Shown here: positions 26,117 through 38,559 of the stretch, piece after piece
Layout: the number at the start of each line of letters is the position of its first letter
How positions within the stretch are numbered: the first letter of the stretch is position 1
Assembly: GCA_951406725.2 (NCBI GenBank)
Contig: OX597830.1
Span: forward strand, 57,784,001-57,848,000
Direction of reading: 5' to 3'
Length of the DNA: 64,000 bases
From: Octopus vulgaris
Taxonomy: Eukaryota
Notes under the pieces: model-generated
Databases searched by the model: none
The model's input: only the letters and a program-made list of their open reading frames with translations
What the model was told of the DNA's origin: nothing
Made by a program: the position numbers and the translations under genes

Positions 26117-26333
26117 TTGGGCAAATTTCGAACCTGGGTTCTCATTCCTAAGGTATTTTTCAATGTTGTTATTATCATTATTTAGGTCACTGCCTGGGCA
26201 TAGTGGTTAAGAGCGCGGGCTACTAACCCCAAGATTCTGAGCTCGATTCCAAGCAGTAAACTTAATAATAATATTAATATAACATTGAAAAATACCTTAC
26301 GAATGAGAACCCAGGTCTGAAATTTTCCCCCAA

Positions 26334-26379
26334 GACACCTGATGAAGGCTGGAGGGTATATCAGCCGAAACGTTGTGTT
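26334..26379 (+). ncRNA. Minimal type I hammerhead ribozyme motif, right arm of copy 1
   Basis: GACAC-CUGAUGA-A-GGCUG(GAGGGUAUAU)CAGCC-GAAA-CG-UU-GUGUU; stem I GACAC/GUGUU; palindromic AACGUU. Confidence 0.75.
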
Positions 26380-29300
26380 AACAGCAAACAAGATGAGGAC
26401 AAATATCAGTCAAATGTACATAATTCCTCATCTCAAACAGAACTGTAGAACTTATCTTGTTTGAAATTATATCTACAATGAATCTGTTTTTGAATTAGTT
26501 GCGGTTAAAAACTTCCATTTCTATTTGGCTTTGAGAGAACTATTCACTAGCGACTTGATGCGCAAAATCTCCATTTATTTTTCAGATTCAATTAAAACTT
26601 TTTCTTTTTTTTTCTTCTAACTTTATTCAATTTATTTTCACGCTAATGACTCAGCTCTAACGATAGATTAAATGTTTGAAAGCATGTTCATTCAATTTTA
26701 AATAGCGCCTCCATTATTTGGTTAGGATGGGAAGACAAGGATAGACAACATAACATACTAAAAGCTTTTAAATAAGTTCCTAGGCTGGGGCAGCAGTTTT
26801 TATTTTAAATTCTGTGTCATTTTAATTTCCTGTGCTGCGATCTTATTTTTTAACACACACGCGCGCTCGCGTGCACACAATTTTTCTGGCTTCTTTGTTT
26901 CACTATAGTTTTAATATTTTTGGAAAGTTATGCTAAACGAATTGATGTGGGTTTGGGAAATTTTAAAGCAAACGGATCCTTTGTCAGAGAAGTGATGCAG
27001 GAGTTTTTGTGATTTGTCATTAAAAAAAATGTTCAAAAATGTTAACCCTAAATTCAAAAGCAGCAGTTTTGATACAATTAAAAAAAATTTATATCTTGTC
27101 AATTTCATCATTATAATCCTTATTAAAGCTAATTTCCATATGAATTAGTCTCTGCTCCTTTTATACCTTGTTAATTTGTCGAGGGATAAAACTTACTGCC
27201 CCCCCCCCCCGCCTTTTTTTTTCATCTGAATTATTGTTGAGTCTGTTTTCACTTGCAATGGATTTCTTTCTGCTGCTTTTGTCACAATTTTCCTGCTTCG
27301 ATCTCGTTTAATATCACCAGTCTTGCATGACAACAATAACACTTGATGTTGTGTAATGATCTGATTCCAAATCTCTTCTGCATTCTCTTGCAAATTCCTT
27401 TATTATCTGGCTAATCTCATGGCCATTTGACATTCATTCATATTACATTCAAGTGCATTTGTGTATTATTTATCAGATAAACTTAGATGTATCACCACTC
27501 GGTAACCTTTCTTATTCTCACATGTCTTTCACATGGCACCTAATTTCCATTCTCATTTTCTTCTTCCACCTTTCCCCATCAGATATGGTATTATGCACAC
27601 ATTTTACCATTCATTCCTCTGCATTCTCTCAGCATCACTCATCATTTCCATCACGTTTCCCTTCCATTCGTAGTAATTATCAGCGCCTAGCCTATATTTA
27701 TTTACTCGCCGTTCATTCATTCATTCATTCGTACTTTTATTCTTCTCTGTTGTTTGCGTGTGTAAACAATAAATACTTTGCTTTCAGATTATCCTAACAA
27801 TTTCAATTTATTTTGTTATTTTGTTCTCCTTGTATTAACGCAACCAACGTTCGTTTTTTTCTTTCTTCTTTTTCATGTTTTATTGCAGACTCCTTCTGCC
27901 ATATTTACACTCGCATGAATAAATTTTACTTGAACATTTTCTAGTTATTCATATTGACATTTCATTACGGAAACAAGAAGAACAAACGACACAATCATTC
28001 GAGCATCGAGTAGAAATATTTTGAAGTATTTCTTCCAGCTCTTTATGTCTAAGTTCAAATTCCGCAGAAGTCAGCTTTGCCATTTTATCCTTCCGGGCCG
28101 ATAAAATGACGTATCGGTCAAGTACTTGGGTCAATCGTATTGCTGGACCTTTGGCCTCATTTACAAGTGATTGTTTTGAGAAGTAATCAACAATGTAATC
28201 GATGCTGAGTTCTTTTGAATCGTTTTTTCTTTCTTTATAAAGAAAACAGTTTAATTAAATTTAATAGGAATAATTATATAGGAAGTGACAATCTTGGTTT
28301 ATTACTGGTATTAATTAGTCAAGTTTATTTCAATGTTGAGAAACTATACTTTATAGACTTTGCAGATCTCAACTTTAGCAAAAGTGTTCTTAAACACCTG
28401 CTAACGTATTTTGTGCCCTCTTTTAGCTTCAGACTTTCGCTACAAACACTTTTACCTTGATTAATGTCGTTACATAGTTTTTTTTTTTGGTTTTTTGCCG
28501 GCATTAACATGTTCCAATTTGGTCAAACAAACAAACAAAGAAAACCTTCTGTCAAGTCACCTACTCAGGGCAGCAGTCGTATAACCCTAAACACTTCCTA
28601 CCATCTTTTAAAATGAAAATGACGTGTTGAAACTTGTAAAGTTTAGTCTTATTTGTCCAACGATAAATGCAAGAAGTCTCTGGTGAGAACACTGAAGGAA
28701 TCTTCATCATTTAACGTTCGTTTTCCATGCTGGTTTGACAGGAGCTGACAAGCTGGGGAGCCATACCAAACAACACTGTCTAGTTTGGCATGGTTTTTAT
28801 GACTGGATGCCCTTCCTAAACATCAACCACTTTACTGGGTGCTTTTTATGTGTCACCAGCACTGGTATGGTCTGATTTGGCATGGTTTTTCAGATTTATC
28901 TTGATACTATAGAATTATTCAACTGGTGCTGGCCAAACTGACATACTATAAACCACCACCTCTCACTGAATTTACATTTTCAAAAATTTAAAAGCAAATT
29001 TTATAACTTGAACTAAGCTCTACTGGCCAGTCCAACAGTTTGATGGCATTACGCAAATAAGGTTGCAGCCAACTGGCTGGGGACCAGTAAAAAACTATTC
29101 AGTTCACTTTTTGTATTCAAACAATGGAAGGGAATGGATTAGCAGTCCCAATAATGGGCTTTGGGGTATTTAGTTACATCTGGTTGTGTCCAATTCAATT
29201 TTACATCATCATCATCATCATATGTCCACGTTCTATGCTGGCATGGGTTGTATGGTTTGACAGGAACCAATGTGTCCAAGGACTGCATCAAACTCTGTCA

Positions 29301-30532
29301 GCTTTTGCATGGTTCCCACGGTTAGATGCCCTTCCTAACGTCAACCACTTTACAGTGTGGGCTGGGTACCTTTTTTTTTTTTTTTTTCATGTCACCTGCA
29401 CTTTTGAGATTGTCCTACAGTTTGCAGCAGGATTTGCAAACCCTGGAGTAGATGGGAAGAGGTTTCTGCAGAGCCATCTGTATAGCTGCTCACACCTAGT
29501 CTGGAAAAAAAAAATCCTTCCAGAATCTATAAGTACCAGTTAAATACTTGGGTTTAAGTTTCCCACAAAATTTATGTTTGAAATTATATTTCTTTTATGC
29601 TTATATTTTACCTTATTTTTTTTTATTTCTTCACATCAAAAATGCTTTTGAAATATTACTTGAGATTCCATACATTAAAATAGTTTTCAACTGACCATTC
29701 TTTTGACTTTGACAGTTTCTTGAAAGTTAAAAATCTTAAATCCTCATAATCTGCTTTCTATTATGAATGATGGACATGTTTTTATTACTGAAGAACTGTT
29801 GGAAAATTTAGTAAGGCCTTTGGTATATTTTAAGTTTTCTTTGTATTCTATAATGATCTGGTCAGAGATTCCCCCCTTTCCTCCATCTGGAGGTTTTTCT
29901 TTTCCATATCAACTAAGTAACCTGTAGTATGCAGTTGGTGTTTGAATGACTTGATAATAGAGACCACCTCTCACCTATCAGTTTACCTACCTGGCTGTCA
30001 TCTGGAATTTTCTTGAGTATAAATTTGTTTTTAGAACAAACACTTTACTGTTTACCTAAGCAATTCGCTACTATGTAACTGGGTAGATAACTAACTAATA
30101 ATATATGTACAAGTAATATGAGTATAAATATAAATGGAATGTTAGCTAGATGCAGCAGCAGCTAAGAATAGTTGATGTTTTAGCATCACAAACACTCTGA
30201 TAATCTGGCCAGCTCCTATCTTCATCATTGTTTTCTGTTAGGATTTGCAAAGATTAGATTTTATTTTCGTCTCCTATGAGTAGTAACTTTCTGATTGACT
30301 TTAAGGGTTCCTAATTTGTCAGTCAGTATGTACCTGGGTCTTCACTGTCTTCATATTATTTCTTAATCTGTTCAAAATAATTATTGCTTTGAAGGTTTAC
30401 GAAGTGTTTTTTTTTTTTATTTTGTTGGTCATATTGATTCTACAACTCTCTTACCAAATCACACATTTTCCATTTTTATTGTTATGTGTCTGTGGTGTTA
30501 GAAGCCTTTTTATCTGTCTTGGTACCACTTAG

Positions 30533-30582
<50 letters not shown>

Positions 30583-31089
30583 CCTTATGTATTTATGTAT
30601 ACTATAATAGTAAGAATGTGAAATAAGTTTTCTGTTTTGGAGTCAAGAGTGAGATGGCATGGTATTCCAAGCACAAAGTATTCTTTGTGGATTCAGAAAG
30701 GAATCCCAAAGTAGGTTCACTGCTGGCATTTTGGAAATATGTCTGAGGAAGAAAAACATCCAACTGTTAACTGTAAATCTCACCTTGATAAATATGCTAT
30801 TATAGTGTGTATAATATAGAGAGAAAGAAAGAGATGGGTGGGATTGAGAATATAACTCGGTGGAGCAATCTATGTCCTTGAAGTCCAGCTAAAGTAATGT
30901 CCTTGCACTTGAGTTTAAGAATTTCCTGCTTATCCACTGTAGTTTTTGGTGTCGGAGTTGAATGTTTCAGACCAAAATTTACTGCAATAAAAGGTAAATT
31001 GAGTTGAATCCTAAGACATCTTTGCAGAACCAAGACTTCCATGTGAAATGCAGCAGGATTTGGAGGGTGTCAGGGAAGACATAGCAAGA

Positions 31090-32170
31090 TTTTTTAAAGT
31101 TGGTGAAAAAGTATATATGAGGGCTTACAGAAATGGAAAGCAGAGTTGGGAAGATGGCGTAATTACCAAATGCATAAATAAGATGTCATCATCATCACTT
31201 AACATCCGCTTTTCATGCTGGCATGGGTTGGACGTTTTGACTGAGGACTGGTGAGCCAGAGGCTGCACCAGGCTCAATCTGATCTGGCAAAGTTTCTACA
31301 GCTGGATGCCCTTCTTAACGCTAACCGCTCCAAGAGTGTAATGAGTGCTTTTACATGACACCAGCACAAGGGCCAGTCAGGTAGTTCTGGCAACGACCAC
31401 ACTCAAAAGGTGTTTTTTACATGCTACCTGCATGGAAGCCAGTCCAGTGGCACCGGCAACGACCATGCTCAAATGTTTTACATGTGCCGGTAAGGCAACG
31501 CTGGCAATGATCATGCCTGAATGGTGCTTTTTACATGCTACCGGCATGGGAGCCAATCCATGGCCCTGGCAACGGTCACGCTCTCGTGTGCTTTTAATGT
31601 TCCACTTGGCGCAAGTGCCAATCAGGCGGTACTGTCATTGGCCACGTAAGCGATTTTGATTTAATTTCACTTGCCTCAATAGGTCTTCACAAACAATGTT
31701 CATTGTATTGGGTAAAAAGTAAAGGCATACAAAAGAGACCCAGGAACCGACGGAAAAAGAGATTCGTGGAGAGTGAGCCATAGAAGTTGGAGGAACCGAT
31801 GGAATGGTTGTACGATATGTTCCAAGTACCAATGCCACTACAGGTGACTGAACCCAGGCATACAAGTGAGAGGAAAAGAAAACATACAGAGTTCCTGAAA
31901 ATAGATGCCAAGCACAAAAAATACTAAATTGTATGGAAAAACTAAAAAAAGGGAGGTAGGGTGAATAAAAAAAATTACCACTAAGAAAAATTTAAAAGGG
32001 GAGACATGTATGAAATTAATAATGGTACACCCCTCCCACATGATGAATGGAATGACCTAGTCACTATAAGTAAAGAGAAGTATGAGAATACATAGCAGGC
32101 AGTCAGAGATAGTCATGTCTTTATTGGTTTTACTTTGTATACTGAAACGGGTGTTATAATAATCCAACAT
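31090..32170 (+). mobile_element. Gypsy-like LTR retrotransposon 3' remnant interrupted by a family C element
   Basis: FKVGEKVYMRAYRNGKQSWEDGVI (integrase C-terminal region); translation resumes after 31690 (EEPMEWLYDMFQVP..RKRK); polypurine tract AAAAAAAGGGAGG at 31944-31956. Confidence 0.65.
31187..31690 (-). mobile_element. Family C retroposon with multiple internal tandem units
   Basis: (CAT)n tail, CATGCTGGCATGGGTTGGA, repeated GGTGCTTTTTACATGC units. Confidence 0.8.
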
Positions 32171-32518
32171 TTAAAGGATTACAACAATGGCAACGAGGAT
32201 TATAACAAAGATAGTGACATTTGAATGCTTACACTATTACACTACATGAATTTGTATGCCAGAAAATGTGTTATAAACTTCATCTGTCATCCATCTGCTG
32301 CATTGGGGCTCTCTTCAGCCCCAAATCTATCGTAATAATTGTGTCTTGGAAGGCTTATTACACCAATAATGCGAAACACAAGCACTGTGTGTTTGTATGC
32401 ATGCATGATGACCCTTCCAAGACACCAGAAAATTCAATACAGTTCCATATTTAAGAGATGAGGAATTATGTACATTATTTACATTTGATGGATATTTGTC
32501 CTCATCTTGTTTGCTGTT

Positions 32519-32564
32519 AACACAACATTTCGGCTGATATATCCTCCAGCCTTCATCAGGTGTC
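32519..32564 (-). ncRNA. Minimal hammerhead motif, left arm of copy 2
   Basis: Minus strand GACAC-CUGAUGA-AGGCUGG..UCAGCC-GAAA-UGUU-GUGUU. Confidence 0.6.
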
Positions 32565-32834
32565 TTGGGGAAATTTCAAACCTGGGTTCTGATTCTTAAG
32601 GTATTTTTCGATGTTGTTGTTATTATTCAGGTCACTGCCAAGAATTGAACTCAGAATTTTGGGGTTAGTAGCCTGCGCCATTAACCACTATGCCCGTGGA
32701 CATATGGCACAGTGGTTACGAGCGCGGGCTACTAACCCCAAGATTCTGAGTTCAATTTCAGGAAGTGAACTGAATAATAATAATAATATCAAAAAATACC
32801 TTAGGAATCTGAACCAGGTTCAAAATTTCTCCAA

Positions 32835-32880
32835 GACACCTGATGAAGGCTGGAGAGTATATCAGCTGAAACGTTGTGTT
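32835..32880 (+). ncRNA. Minimal hammerhead motif, right arm of copy 2
   Basis: GACAC-CUGAUGA-AGGCUGG(AGAGUAUA)UCAGCU-GAAA-CGUU-GUGUU. Confidence 0.7.
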
Positions 32881-33432
32881 AACAGCAAACAAGATGAGGA
32901 CAAATATCCGTCAAATTTCAATAATGTACCAGAAAATTTGTTTCATCACACAAATTCACAAGTATCTTGCAAATCAAATAGAAAACTGAATTATCATAAT
33001 TTTGTTGTTTATACTATTTGATGTCAGACATGCTGTTCCCTCAAGAAATGCTCCCTCTTATGCTGATGGCATTCCTCTCATCATTCCTCCTTCGCTTCTC
33101 TACAGAAACAATCGCCCACATACAAAATCTCTTCCATTGGGATTATGGTGACCGAGAATCTTTCAATAGCAGCAGATACAATCTCTGCTTCTAGCAAGGA
33201 AACCATCCAGTGTCTTACCTTCCTTTATCTTGAACAATATACAATTAAAAACTGCTAATTATTACAAATGTTTGGTCTGAGAATCTCTGATAACTAATCC
33301 TCATTACTCTTCATATGATGACTAAAGCTACATTCCAAACATAAGTTTTACCCTCTACAAAGTTTCGGATCCACAATGGAATGTGGAACCAGCATCTGGG
33401 ACAGTGCCACTCTTTTTATCTGTGTGTGTGTG

Positions 33433-33490
<58 letters not shown>

Positions 33491-33493
33491 CTC

Positions 33494-33672
33494 ATCATTT
33501 AATGTCCACTGTCCATGCTGGCATGGGTTGGATGGTTTGACCAGGGCTGACAAGCTGCACTAGAGTCCAGTCTGATTTGGCATGGTTTCTATGACTGGAT
33601 GCCCTTCCTAATGCCAACCACTCTGATGGTGTAATCGGTGCTTTTACATGCCACCAGCATGGGTGCCATTTG
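33494..33672 (-). mobile_element. Family C retroposon
   Basis: CATTTAATGTCC..CCATGCTGGCATGGGTTGGATGGTTTGAC. Confidence 0.75.
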
Positions 33673-33939
33673 CATGACACACACATACATACACACTTGC
33701 AGACATCTGAGACTGCATCCAAAAGAAAACCTGTCCATCTGATTAACTGGCAAATATTTACTCTATAACGTTTTGGTCATTGGCTGAGTTTTCTTCTGTA
33801 TTCTGTCATTATCACAACTGCCTTTGTTCCTCTCCTCTTGCTACTTGGGTCCTGTAGCTGACCCCTAAATACTCCTCTTCCTGTCTCATTTGCTCAAATG
33901 TTCCTTTACAAAATATCAACTCCCAGAAATTATTTTTTT

Positions 33940-34362
33940 AATCTTTTACTTGTTTCAGTCTTTGGGACTGCAGCCGCGCTGGACAGCCTCCGGGGCCACG
34001 GCTGCGCTGGACAGCCTTTGGGGCTACAGCCATGAAGGGTTCACTTGAACATGGAGACCCTAGTACTTATTTTTGTATTTTTCAAAGTTTGATGTTTACT
34101 CTATTGGTCTCTTTGGCTGATCTGCTAAATTAGGGTGGTTAGGGGCTTAAACAGACCAACACTGGTTATCATGTGGTGGAGAGTGGGGACAAATACACAC
34201 ACACACACACACACACACAATAGGCTTCCTCACAGTTTCTGTCAACCAAATTCACTCGCAAGGCATTGGTCAGCCTAGGGCTGTAGAAAGCATTTGCCCA
34301 AGGCAGTGGGACTGAACCTGAAACCATGTGGTCGTAAAGCCAACTTCTTACCACACAGCCAT
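33940..34362 (-). mobile_element. Family B SINE (head, (CA)n, tail)
   Basis: TCTTTTACTTGTTTCAGTC tail, (CA)n, AACTTCTTACCACACAGCCA head on the reverse strand. Confidence 0.75.
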
Positions 34363-36354
34363 CAGTGTGCCTTCCACGTTTCTCCAACATTGATTTGCAG
34401 TTGTTAAAACTGAATATAAACAGCATTAATCTTACCATCTCATGTCTGCAGAGGTCATGAGGACAGCTTGTCCTTTGAAGTAAGACAAAAACAGGGTTGC
34501 ATGAGGAAGAAGTATTAATTTGTTCTAATTTTAGTGTGTTCCATTCATCACCTGGGAATTGGGAATCTTTCCAGTTCAAACTTCTCAGGTGAGGTCTTAT
34601 TGCTGAAGAAGAATCTGAAGTAGACATCAAAACATTTTTTTATCTCATTCTTCTTGTGAAATGCCGTTGATTGGTGCCAGGATTTTGGTCAGGCAAAGAC
34701 GAGGTTTACTTTATATAGTACAGGTGTTATAGGATTTGTCATTTACCTGTTTGTCATTGGACTGTGGCCATGCTGGGGCACCACTTTGAAAAGTTATTCT
34801 GGTATTTATTCTGTTGGTTCTTTTGCTGAACTGCTAAGTTAGGGGGTTATAAACAAACCAATGTGGTGGTGTGTGGAGACACAGACGCCCTTCATGAACA
34901 CCCACCCACCCACGCACAGAATGTGTGTGTGATTGTGTTCCACCACTGCTTAACAACCAGTGTTGGTGTGTTTACATTCCTGTAATTTTGCAGTTTGGCA
35001 AAAGAGACTAATGGAATGAATACTGCACTTAAAATGTAAGTCTTGGAGTTGATTCATCTGACTGAAAAAAAAATGGCAGTTCCCCAACATGGCTACAGTT
35101 ATTAGGCTGTAGCCATGTTGGAGAACCAAGAAAGAGTAAAGGAAATTTGGAAGATTTTAACTTAAATCCTTTTAAAAAGAAGTTTGTATCAGAGAACCGA
35201 AGACAGTATCAAAAAGGTTAAATTTCTCCAAAATTTATGAAAGTGAAAGTAAAACTTGAGAGAAGAAAAAACTCTGCATTCTGGAAGATTTTACAAAAGT
35301 TAGTAAAATGTAGTCAATTTGTGTAGGGATGGATGGAGGGAACCTGTGGCTGCTGTTTCTAGATGAAACAAAAGCTGTTATCCTAAACTGAAAGTGATTG
35401 AGGAAATTATCATGGTGAATATTGATTCTTTAGTTGCTGGTGTATTTCTGGCCGGTACCAAACTGCAGTGGTCAGGTTGTTTGTCAATTCATTCTGGGAA
35501 GTACTTCACTTCATTTATTTATCTTATCAATGTTTTATGAGAGACACATAAACACGGTTGTTACTCTCCTGCTCTCCACCATTAACCGTTTTCCTGAATG
35601 CATGTTTTTATGACACACGTTGTTGGGCGTGAATTGATTTTGAAAATATTTAAGAATTGGTGGTGGTGGGAGAGTGTTTTTAGTTAAATATCGACATGGC
35701 TGTGTGGTTAAGAAGCTCCCTTTGCATCCAGGTGGCTTTTGGTCCAGTTTGCTATGTGGCGCTTTGGCCAAGTGTTTTCTACTATAGCCCTAGGATAACT
35801 AATGCCTTGTGAAGGAAAAACTTGCTGTAGGAAATTTCCCCATGAAGGAGGCATACAAGCAGACTGTAAACTAGACAACTCGTTTTAAAGAAATTACCTT
35901 TCTCTAATTAGGTTACCTGATGAAGTTGCCATTTTAAGAAAACAGCTAATCTATTGTTTTTTGCAATTTTTTTTTACAGTGAATTTTCCTATGGTAAAAA
36001 TGTTTATGGCAAAATTTCCTTTGAAAATTGGCAGCTTTTGAATTACAGAACCAGCGATTGTCTCAGACAGGCTGGTATCTGAAGGGTTAAAGATCTTGGA
36101 TTTCCTAAAAAAAAAATATTGTTTTAGGATTTGATGTTGTGGTATTTATATTTTCTTTCTGTGACCACATCTATGTTCATGTCCAGGTCATTGAAAGACT
36201 GAAGTGCTGCAGTCTTTGTTTGCATAACAGTAAACATCTATTATTAATATGTTGTATTGCTTCGTTAATCACTTTCTGACAAATGATCTTAATAATAATA
36301 ATTCTTTTATTAGCCACAAGAGCTTACATAAAACATAAATGATAATAATAATAA

Positions 36355-36530
36355 GAAGAGCACTCAGAGTGCAAACCTCTGCCAAGACAACACCAACACC
36401 CTCTCAACGATTAGCCAGAGATGATTTTTAAAATGAGAATACTAAAAATGAACCCGACTGCTCTCAAAAATTAAATAAAAGAACCAGAGCAATAATCCAG
36501 TATCATTGTCCTGTACCTGATCGATCCCAG
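36355..36530 (+). mobile_element. Helentron/DINE-like repeat fragment
   Basis: AAGAGCACTCAGAGTGCAAACCTCTGCCAAG start; AATAATCCAG..TTGTCC..GATC.ATCCCA segment recurs at 37155-37225. Confidence 0.4.
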
Positions 36531-36670
36531 TGGTAGTTGTGGAATGTGAAGGTGGATGTGCAGGCTGTGTTTGTAACGCTGTATGTGTGTCATCTGCAGT
36601 GGGAACAGGGACAGTTTTCTTTGTGAAAACCTTTTTTAGTCTATCCACTGATATTGTCTTTATTACCATT
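36530..36670 (-). mobile_element. Gypsy integrase C-terminal fragment
   Basis: TISVDRLKKVF resembles the conserved VSxDRLKP motif, followed by a Pro/Thr-rich tail. Confidence 0.5.
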
Positions 36671-37248
36671 AAGGTCTATAGTGAAAAATTTATCTGTATG
36701 AAAGAAAACAGAAAGTACCTGCATACGATGCTGTTAACGCAGGTTTAACGACATCGTTGCGCACAAAAACATGAGTCCAAGAAGTAAAGCTTCCTTCAAG
36801 GCAGAGCTAGAAATGTAATTGTCAAGTAGGTAAGAGGTTTTACACAGGAGTGATATATTCAAAATTGGTAAAACTAAAAATTGTGGAGGATAAATTAAAT
36901 TTATTATTGCTACTAAATACGTTAGCATTATTTAATTTCTGAATGGTTTTGCTGCCATTTATGTAGTTTGATTTCTTTATCCATCAGTTTCTACTAAGAT
37001 AAATGTGAGTAAAATAAATAAGAGAAATGAAAATACAACTTTGGGAACAGCAACATTGCCATAACTTACGTGGAAACCACGAGCGTGCTTTCAAAGGAGA
37101 TAATCAGAGAAAGACTTGAAAATGAGGGTAAGATCATAATACTTCATGTAAAGTAAATAATCCAGAATCCTTGTCCAGCACCGGATCAATCCCAAAATCT
37201 AATCAGTTCATTGCCAGTCATGGGGCCAATACACACACACACACACAC

Positions 37249-37282
<34 letters not shown>

Positions 37283-37289
37283 GCGTGCA

Positions 37290-37332
<43 letters not shown>

Positions 37333-37599
37333 GAGTGTGTATATATTTGTGTATATATATACACACACACATGTGTGTGTGTATATATATACACACACAC
37401 ACACACGTATGTACACACACTTTAGTTGAAATTTATAAAAGAAAATACTGACAGGTGTATGAACAACAAACAGGTGTATTAGTTTGGTGCTCGGGAAAGT
37501 GAGAAAGTCTTTTACGTTTCAAGCTTTCAACAGAAAGGGACACGAGAAAATAAACAGAGAGAGAATAAAGAAAACTTGTGGATTTAGTGGTCAAGCATG

Positions 37600-37634
<35 letters not shown>

Positions 37635-38506
37635 GCACATATATATATATGCACACATGCATGCACACACACACACACACTCACATATATATAATATATG
37701 CATATGTATACACACATACATATACACACGTGCATACACCACACACACACATGCTGTTCATCCTCATTAGGTACGTGTCTAGATATAGATGTACAGGTGA
37801 TATTGTTGGAGCTCTCTTAAGTTATTTCTGTTATAAAACATTGAAGAGAAAATGAAATATTGTTTTTCTGACAATCACTTTATTATCATAAAGAAATCTG
37901 TTGACACATTTCTTAATAATTCCTTTAAGATCGATGCTGGTTATGTCTTCACTATTAATAAATATCCCCTTTTTTTGTTTTGTTTTCATAAAAATAAAAA
38001 CGTAAAACCATTAGTATTGTTAAAAATGTCTTTCTTGTTCAAGTTGCAAGTTGATGGCATTCTCACTAAATGAAATTAACAAAGACTTCATTATACAGGT
38101 GTGGCTGTGTGGTAAGAATCTTGCTTCCCAATCATGTGGTTTCACTTTTGGTCCCATTGCGTGGAATTCTGGGCAAGTGTCTTTTATAACCTTGAGCTGA
38201 CTTGTGGATTTGGTAGACAGAAACTGAAAGAAGCCTGTTATATATATATATATATTAAAAAAGGAGATGTGGAACACGAGTTGTGATATATAAAAAAGGA
38301 AATGAAGAAAATGCTGACAAAATAATTTAAGTAGGTGAAAGTTCTTTTTACCGGTTGCGCATTTGTTATGCTTATCAAAAGATTGTTATGCTTGTAGAAC
38401 AGCTTTTGTTATATTTCTGCTGCTTTTAAATAAAGCATATTACTCTACCTCTGGTATTTGAGTACTCTTTTTTTACACCTTGTTTCACATTTATGTGCTT
38501 ACTCCA

Positions 38507-38553
<47 letters not shown>

Positions 38554-38559
38554 AGTGCA

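Larger units (their letters stand above)
26021..26445. mobile_element. Palindromic tRNA-head + hammerhead element, copy 1 (one head deleted)
   Basis: Arms ~26032-26195 and ~26250-26418 are reverse complements; tRNA-like head at 26196-26255; flanking direct repeat TAGAACTTAT at 26011-26020 and 26446-26455. Confidence 0.85.
32435..32927. mobile_element. Palindromic tRNA-head + hammerhead element, copy 2 (both heads present)
   Basis: Head-to-head inverted arms centred near 32696; A box TGGCACAGTGG 32705-32715, B box GAGTTCAATTTC 32748-32759; flanking direct repeat ACCAGAAAATT at 32424-32434 and 32928-32938. Confidence 0.88.

Noticed and set aside
32699-32770. Functional tRNA gene
   Set aside because: Acceptor and T stems do not pair convincingly and it is embedded in a repeat; treated as a SINE head
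32611-33021. 136-aa ORF across the palindrome
   Set aside because: Fortuitous frame through non-coding inverted arms; not maintained in copy 1
35910-35955. CTGATGAAG..GAAAACAGCT as another hammerhead
   Set aside because: No convincing stem II or cleavage triplet geometry
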